Shown here: piece by piece, positions 48,957-54,406 of the stretch
How positions within the stretch are numbered: the stretch's first letter is position 1
Layout: every line of letters begins with the position of its first letter
IMG/VR virus record: IMGVR_UViG_3300034072_001783
Location: 1-54,406 of that record
DNA: 54,406 bases
Source of the DNA: a virus
Lineage: Duplodnaviria > Caudoviricetes
Reading direction: 5' to 3' (one strand)
Program-made: the position numbers and the translations under genes
Notes under the pieces: model-generated
Seen by the model: only the letters and a program-made list of their open reading frames with translations
Databases searched by the model: none
What the model was told of the DNA's origin: nothing

Positions 48957-49982
48957 ATGGACAACAAAGATTTATTAAAGCTTTTGAATAACATTCAAGA
49001 GCAAGGAGACGATACTCCTCAAGAAAGACGAATATTACTTATAGATGCCCTTAACTTATTCTTTAGAAATTTTACTATTATAGGTTCTATAAATGAAGAA
49101 GGAGCACATATAGGTGGGTTAGGAGGATTTCTAAGATCGTTAGGAGCTATGATTAGACAAACTGATCCTACTGAAGTTTATATTGTGTGGGATGGTGTAG
49201 GTTCTTCTAATAATAGAAAAAATATTATCCCTGAATATAAATCTGAGAGAAATATCTCAAGGGTCACTAATTGGGAGGTATTTGATTCACATGAAGATGA
49301 GGATGATTCTAAGGTTGATCAACTAGTTAGAATCATCCAATACCTTAAAACCCTCCCAGTTAGAACTCTATCAATAGATAAAGTAGAAGCTGATGACATA
49401 ATTGCTTATCTTAGTACTACTCTCCTTAAAGAAGAAGAAGAAGGGAGAATATTTATTGTTTCTAGTGATAAAGATTATCTCCAACTTGTAAATGAGAAGG
49501 TTATAGTTTATTCTCCAATAGTAAAACAATATTTTACTACACATAAAGTTGAAGAAAAATTTGGAATACCACCACACAATTTCTTACTTTATAAGGTTTT
49601 AATGGGAGATAACTCTGATAAAATCCCTGGAATAAAGGGATTAGGCCCTAAAAAACTATACAAACTATTCCCTGAATTGCAGAATAGTAAATTATCTTTA
49701 GATGATCTAATTAAAATAAGTGAATCTAAATTAGGGCAGCATATAGTTTATGCTAGATTATTAAGTGACTTAAATGCGCTTAAAAATAGACATAGAGTAA
49801 TGGATCTAAGCAACCCTATGATAGATGAAAAAGATAAGAAATACATAGATGATTATGTTGCTAATTTTAAACCTCAATATCACCCACAACATTTTCTTAA
49901 AATGTATGAGCAAGATAGGTTGGGAAATTTAATTAGAAATGTTAATTTATGGTTAAAAGAACGTTTTGAAAATTTAAAATAA
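48957..49982 (+). CDS. 5'-3' exonuclease / flap endonuclease (T4 RNase H, Pol I N-terminal-like)
   Basis: LIDALN, WDG, PEYK..R, EADDIIA, SSDKD, GDNSDKIPGIKGLG. Confidence 0.92.
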   Translation: MDNKDLLKLLNNIQEQGDDTPQERRILLIDALNLFFRNFTIIGSINEEGAHIGGLGGFLRSLGAMIRQTDPTEVYIVWDGVGSSNNRKNIIPEYKSERNISRVTNWEVFDSHEDEDDSKVDQLVRIIQYLKTLPVRTLSIDKVEADDIIAYLSTTLLKEEEEGRIFIVSSDKDYLQLVNEKVIVYSPIVKQYFTTHKVEEKFGIPPHNFLLYKVLMGDNSDKIPGIKGLGPKKLYKLFPELQNSKLSLDDLIKISESKLGQHIVYARLLSDLNALKNRHRVMDLSNPMIDEKDKKYIDDYVANFKPQYHPQHFLKMYEQDRLGNLIRNVNLWLKERFENLK

Positions 49983-49985
49983 GTT

Positions 49986-51350
49986 ATGACATTACAAAGT
50001 ATTGACCAATATGGACCACAATTCCAAATAAAAGTTATTTCATCACTTCTTACTCATAAAGATTTTCTTGTAAATATACATGATATTCTTGATGAGAATG
50101 ATTTTGGAAGTGATGCAAATAAATGGATCATTAAAAATATCCTAAAATATTACTCTAAATACCATACTACTCCTAGTATGGATATTCTAAAGGTAGAATT
50201 GAAAAAAACATCAAATGAGGTATTACAAATCGCTATTAAAGAACAATTAAGAGCAGCCTACCAAGCCTCAGAAGAAGATTTGGAATATGTTAAAGAAGAA
50301 TTTTCTACTTTCTGTAAAAACCAACAATTAAAAAAAGCCCTTCTCAAGTCTGTTGATTTGCTTCAAGCAGGTGACTATGATTCCATTAAATTAATGGTTG
50401 AAGGCGCTTTAAAAGCAGGTCAAGATAAGAACATAGGACACGAGTATAATAAAGATGTTGAATCAAGATACCGTGAAGATAATCGAGTTGTTATACCTAC
50501 ACCTTGGCCTCAAATAAATGAACTTCTACAAGGTGGATTAGGAAATGGTGATTTTGGGCTAATATTTGGTAATCCTGGAGGAGGAAAATCTTGGTCACTA
50601 GTAGCACTAGGGGGTTTTGCTGTTAAACTAGGGTACAATGTTGTTCATTATACTCTGGAGTTAGGAGAAGACTATGTTGGAAGAAGATATGACGCTTTTT
50701 TTACACACATCCCCGTAAATAAAATACTTGAAAACCGAGATAAAGTAGAAAACGCCTTAGAAACAATAGAAGGTGAACTCATCATTAAAGAATTCCCAAC
50801 AGGTAGAGCAACTATTACAACAATTGAAGCTCATATTCAAAAACTTAAATCTTTAGGAATTGTACCTGATTTGATTATTATTGACTATGTTGACCTTTTA
50901 AAATCAAAAAGAAATTCTACTGATCGTAAGTATGAAATCGATGATATTTATACTAGCACTAAAGGTCTAGCTCGTGAACTTAATATTCCTGTTTGGAGTG
51001 TATCACAAGTTAACAGAGCAGGATCAAAGGATGATATAATTGAGGGTGATAAGGCAGCAGGATCCTATGACAAAATGATGATTACGGATGTTGCAATCTC
51101 ACTCTCCAGGAAGAAAGAAGATAAAGTAAATAATACAGGAAGATTCCATATAATGAAGAATCGCTATGGTATGGATGGGGTTACCTATCAAATTAAAGCG
51201 GATACTTCAACGGGGCATTTTGAAATTACCCAAGAGTATGATGAAGATTCTCAACCTTCCCCCTCTCCCTCTACTTCACCCAGCTCACTTAATCTAGACA
51301 AATTTGATAAAGAACATCTATCTAAGAAATTTTTTGAATTAAACACATGA
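49986..51350 (+). CDS. gp41: Replicative DnaB-like helicase (T4 gp41-like)
   Basis: GNPGGGKS Walker A, YTLEL, IIDYVD, SQVNR, MKNRYG. Confidence 0.92.
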   Translation: MTLQSIDQYGPQFQIKVISSLLTHKDFLVNIHDILDENDFGSDANKWIIKNILKYYSKYHTTPSMDILKVELKKTSNEVLQIAIKEQLRAAYQASEEDLEYVKEEFSTFCKNQQLKKALLKSVDLLQAGDYDSIKLMVEGALKAGQDKNIGHEYNKDVESRYREDNRVVIPTPWPQINELLQGGLGNGDFGLIFGNPGGGKSWSLVALGGFAVKLGYNVVHYTLELGEDYVGRRYDAFFTHIPVNKILENRDKVENALETIEGELIIKEFPTGRATITTIEAHIQKLKSLGIVPDLIIIDYVDLLKSKRNSTDRKYEIDDIYTSTKGLARELNIPVWSVSQVNRAGSKDDIIEGDKAAGSYDKMMITDVAISLSRKKEDKVNNTGRFHIMKNRYGMDGVTYQIKADTSTGHFEITQEYDEDSQPSPSPSTSPSSLNLDKFDKEHLSKKFFELNT

Positions 51351-52297
51351 TAACAGAATTAAGACCCCACTATAAACCATTTGAATATCAAACAGCATTT
51401 GAATTTTATAAAGATCAACATAGAGCCCATTGGCTTGCAGATGAAGTACCTCTCTCCTCAGACTTGAATGATTGGAAACTTAAACTTACTGAAAGTGAAA
51501 AAAATTTGATTGGTAATATTTTAAAGTCATTTGCCCAAACAGAGACGTATGTAAACGATTATTGGTCAACAAAAGTGGCTGTATGGTTTCCTAAACACGA
51601 AATTAAAGCTATGGCGTGTGCATTTGCTGATTTTGAATCGATTCATGCTGAGGCTTATGCTCGTTTAAATGAAGAATTGGGTCTTGATGATTTTGAGGCC
51701 TTTATGGAAGACGAGGAAGCAAAAGCTAAAATCGATCGTTTAGTTGAACTGCCTGGAGATACATTGCATGAAAAAGCACTTTCACTAGCTATATTCTCTG
51801 CATTTACAGAAGGTGTAAATTTGTTTTCTTCATTTGCCGTGTTGATGTCTTTTCAATTAAGAAATTTAATGAAAGGAACAGGGCAAATTGTAGAATGGTC
51901 TGTGCGTGATGAATCACTTCACTCAAAAGCAGGATGCTGGTTATATAGAACCTTATTAGAGGAAGATCCAACATTAGACACCCCCGAATTAACACAAGCA
52001 ATTTATGAAGCTTGTGATTTATCTGTAAAATTAGAATTCGATTTTATAGAAAAAGCATTTGAAATGGGTGATATTGAAGGACTAACTAAAGAACAACTAA
52101 AAAATTTCATTAAAGAACGAGCAAATCAAAAATTAGTTGAATTAGGTTATAATCCAATTTACAACGATATTGATCCTAACCTTTTAAAACAAATGGAATG
52201 GTTCGGGCATTTAACAAGTGGTAAAACACACCAAGATTTCTTTGCAAATAGAGTAACCGATTATTCAAAATCAACCGCTGACTGGTCAGACCTATGA
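51347..52297 (+). CDS. nrdB: Ribonucleotide reductase class I beta subunit
   Basis: W...E..L..D, ESIHAEAY, EGVNLFSSF, VRDESLH, DFF. Confidence 0.95.
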   Translation: MITELRPHYKPFEYQTAFEFYKDQHRAHWLADEVPLSSDLNDWKLKLTESEKNLIGNILKSFAQTETYVNDYWSTKVAVWFPKHEIKAMACAFADFESIHAEAYARLNEELGLDDFEAFMEDEEAKAKIDRLVELPGDTLHEKALSLAIFSAFTEGVNLFSSFAVLMSFQLRNLMKGTGQIVEWSVRDESLHSKAGCWLYRTLLEEDPTLDTPELTQAIYEACDLSVKLEFDFIEKAFEMGDIEGLTKEQLKNFIKERANQKLVELGYNPIYNDIDPNLLKQMEWFGHLTSGKTHQDFFANRVTDYSKSTADWSDL

Positions 52298-52830
52298 AAC
52301 CAGAAAAACTACGTAATATAATTAAAGAAGAACTTCAAAAATATTTTGAAATTCATCCATATTCTCTTGAAGATGAGCTTATAATGGAAACTGAAATTAT
52401 GCTTGGAGAACTTCTCAATCCTGATAATGCTCTTTCATATGAAAAAGTGAGTAAAGGATTTTACACTTATGAAGATCCTAATGGGGTTAAATTTTTTGTT
52501 CGAGCAGCTTATGTTCCTGAACCACAAAATTACTTTGAATTTAAAACAGGGTGGTTTGATCAAAATGGGAAAGCAACTTATGAACCTTCTGTACCATACG
52601 GGAACCAAGAAACCTCAGCCTTAGATATCAATTCCCGTTCAGATACAGTAGCAAAAATTTATAGAGATGAAATTTTACCTTTTTTCAAACAACAAACATT
52701 AACAGATACAATGGTTATAAAACCCATTTCTTCAAGTAGAATGAAGTTTGCTGAACGTTTAGTTAAAAAATTTACACCTGAAGACTTTACAATAGACTTT
52801 AAAAATAGAGAAATAACAATAAAAAAATGA
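52294..52830 (+). CDS. Leader-bearing hypothetical protein inserted between nrdB and nrdA
   Basis: MKPEKLRNIIKEEL leader; ATGA overlaps on both sides. Confidence 0.75.
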   Translation: MKPEKLRNIIKEELQKYFEIHPYSLEDELIMETEIMLGELLNPDNALSYEKVSKGFYTYEDPNGVKFFVRAAYVPEPQNYFEFKTGWFDQNGKATYEPSVPYGNQETSALDINSRSDTVAKIYRDEILPFFKQQTLTDTMVIKPISSSRMKFAERLVKKFTPEDFTIDFKNREITIKK

Positions 52831-54406
52831 GCATACAAGTAGATACAACAAATTGGATTAAGGGTAAACACTACCCTGAGTGGATGAACGAGATTTCATT
52901 ATCAATGATCTCAAAAGGGTATTTGTTACCTGATGAAGATGTTTATGGAGCATTTAAACGTGTTTCAAGATCAGCAGCTAAACGTTTAAAGCGTAAAGAT
53001 TTACAACCATACTTTTATGAGGCAATGGTTAAAAATTGGTTATGCTTAGCTTCACCTGTTCTCTCAAACATGGGAACAGAACGTGGAATGCCTATTTCAT
53101 GCTTTGGAATTGACACAGATGATTCAATTGAAGGAATTGCTCTAGCCAACTCAGAATTAATGCGTTTATCATCTCAAGGTGGTGGAGTAGGAATTGGTGT
53201 ATCTAGAATCAGAGGAAGAGGAAAACCAATTTCTGGAAATGGAGTATCTGAAGGGGTAGTTCCATGGATTAAAATTTACGATTCAACAATATTAGCTACC
53301 AACCAAGGTTCAGTTAGACGAGGGGCAGCCTCAGTTAACCTACATATTAACCACCCAGACATTGAAGAATTTTTGATGATTCGACGCCCAAAAGGTGATG
53401 TTAATAGACAATGTCTAAATATGCATCAATGTGTTGTAATTGATGATGAGTTTATGAATCGAGTTGAAGAACGCGATCCAAAAGCAATTAAATTGTGGGG
53501 TGAAATTTTAAAAACACGTTTAGAGACAGGTGAACCTTATATTATGTTTGAGGACAATGTAAACAATGCAAACCCTGAAGCATATAAAAAGAACAATTTG
53601 CATGTTTCAATGACGAATATTTGTAGCGAGATAAGCTTATACACAGACGAACTTCACTCTTTTATCTGTTGTTTATCTTCCCTTAATCTCGCACGTTGGG
53701 ATGAATGGAGCGAATATAAATTTGAAAATGGAATGACATTACCCGAACTAACTTGTTGGTTTTTGGAAGGTGTATTGCAAGAATTTATTGATCGTTCCAA
53801 AAACATTCGCTTTATGGAAAACACCTATCGTTCTGCATCTAAAGGTAGAGCAATTGGTATTGGAGTACTTGGGTGGCACACCTTCCTCCAAGAAAAAAAT
53901 ATCCCATTTGCAGGATTACAAGCAAATTCTTATACAAGGATCATGTTTGATTTTATTGAAAAAGAAGCATTAAAAGCATCTCGTGACCAAGCAGAATTGT
54001 ATGGTGAACCTGAATGGTGTAAAGGAACAGGTTTAAGACATACACATCATTTAGCAATTGCCCCAACAGTTTCAAATGCACACATTTCAGGAGGAGTATC
54101 CCCCTCAATTGAACCAATCCCCGCTAATGTTTATAATTTAAAAACAGCTAAAGGTACATTTATCAAGAAAAACCCAACATTAGAGCGCCTACTTGAATCT
54201 AAAGGATATAACATTGACAGTGTTTGGGATCAAATTTCTAAAGATAAAGGTTCTGTTATGGGACTACCTGATTATATTTTAACGGATGAGGAAAAGGAAA
54301 TATTTTTAACATTTAAAGAAATCAACCCATTCGAGATAGTTCGTCAGAATGGAATCCGACAAAAATATGTTGACCAAGCAGTTTCCCTTAATTTAACATT
54401 TGACCC
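52827..54406 (+). CDS. nrdA: Ribonucleotide reductase class I alpha subunit, 3'-truncated (absent from ORF track)
   Basis: My translation from ATG 52827: MSIQVDTTNW...ASPVLSN...PISCF...GGGVG...RRGA...GEPY...TNICSEI...CCLSS...LAIAPT...SIEP...VDQAVS; open to the window end. Confidence 0.95.
   Translation, partial: MSIQVDTTNWIKGKHYPEWMNEISLSMISKGYLLPDEDVYGAFKRVSRSAAKRLKRKDLQPYFYEAMVKNWLCLASPVLSNMGTERGMPISCFGIDTDDSIEGIALANSELMRLSSQGGGVGIGVSRIRGRGKPISGNGVSEGVVPWIKIYDSTILATNQGSVRRGAASVNLHINHPDIEEFLMIRRPKGDVNRQCLNMHQCVVIDDEFMNRVEERDPKAIKLWGEILKTRLETGEPYIMFEDNVNNANPEAYKKNNLHVSMTNICSEISLYTDELHSFICCLSSLNLARWDEWSEYKFENGMTLPELTCWFLEGVLQEFIDRSKNIRFMENTYRSASKGRAIGIGVLGWHTFLQEKNIPFAGLQANSYTRIMFDFIEKEALKASRDQAELYGEPEWCKGTGLRHTHHLAIAPTVSNAHISGGVSPSIEPIPANVYNLKTAKGTFIKKNPTLERLLESKGYNIDSVWDQISKDKGSVMGLPDYILTDEEKEIFLTFKEINPFEIVRQNGIRQKYVDQAVSLNLTFD

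Noticed and set aside
552-52871. All minus-strand ORFs in the track (e.g. 552-1073, 8141-8623, 19688-20179, 28929-29558, 36615-37115)
   Set aside because: They lie wholly antisense to well-supported plus-strand genes, have Ser/Phe/Leu-rich shadow composition, and show no motifs.
1-54406. Stop-codon reassignment, tRNA genes, CRISPR arrays, DGR template repeats
   Set aside because: Core genes are full length in the standard code, intergenic gaps are too short, and no cloverleaf, spaced repeat or adenine-variable repeat pair was seen by eye.

Overview
AT-rich, densely coding, entirely plus-strand segment of a large myovirus with T4-like (gp17/20/21/23/18/19/32/41) core genes. The host is probably Bacteroidota (inferred from A-rich translation starts without Shine-Dalgarno sequences). 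Order: a cluster of small probable internal-head/cargo genes with a GIY-YIG homing endonuclease (1-6126); FAD oxidoreductase and P-loop kinase; a membrane protein pair; terminase, portal, core proteins, prohead protease, scaffold, major capsid, PhoH; neck proteins; Ser/Gly/Thr-rich fibre, LRR and LamG adhesin genes; two tandem tail sheaths, tube, chaperones split by a second GIY-YIG gene, tape measure, baseplate with a GH108-like lysozyme domain; then replication genes (minimal PolA, SSB, UvsX/RecA, 5'-3' exonuclease, helicase, nrdB, partial nrdA). The best candidate for a new system is a set of proteins sharing an amphipathic 'LxxLI(K/R)E' leader and prohead-protease-type (L/I)-x-E sites that bracket swappable enzyme domains (SAM methyltransferase, ADP-ribosyltransferase-like, PD-(D/E)xK nuclease, a duplicated unknown domain). 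This looks like capsid-packaged, proteolytically released effector cargo. Two promoter classes are visible (ATATTTATA before late genes; TTGG-N19-TATATT before replication/metabolic genes), as is a pervasive [ST]-[GAS]-S motif in virion-surface proteins. All family calls are by motif recognition by eye; no searches were run.
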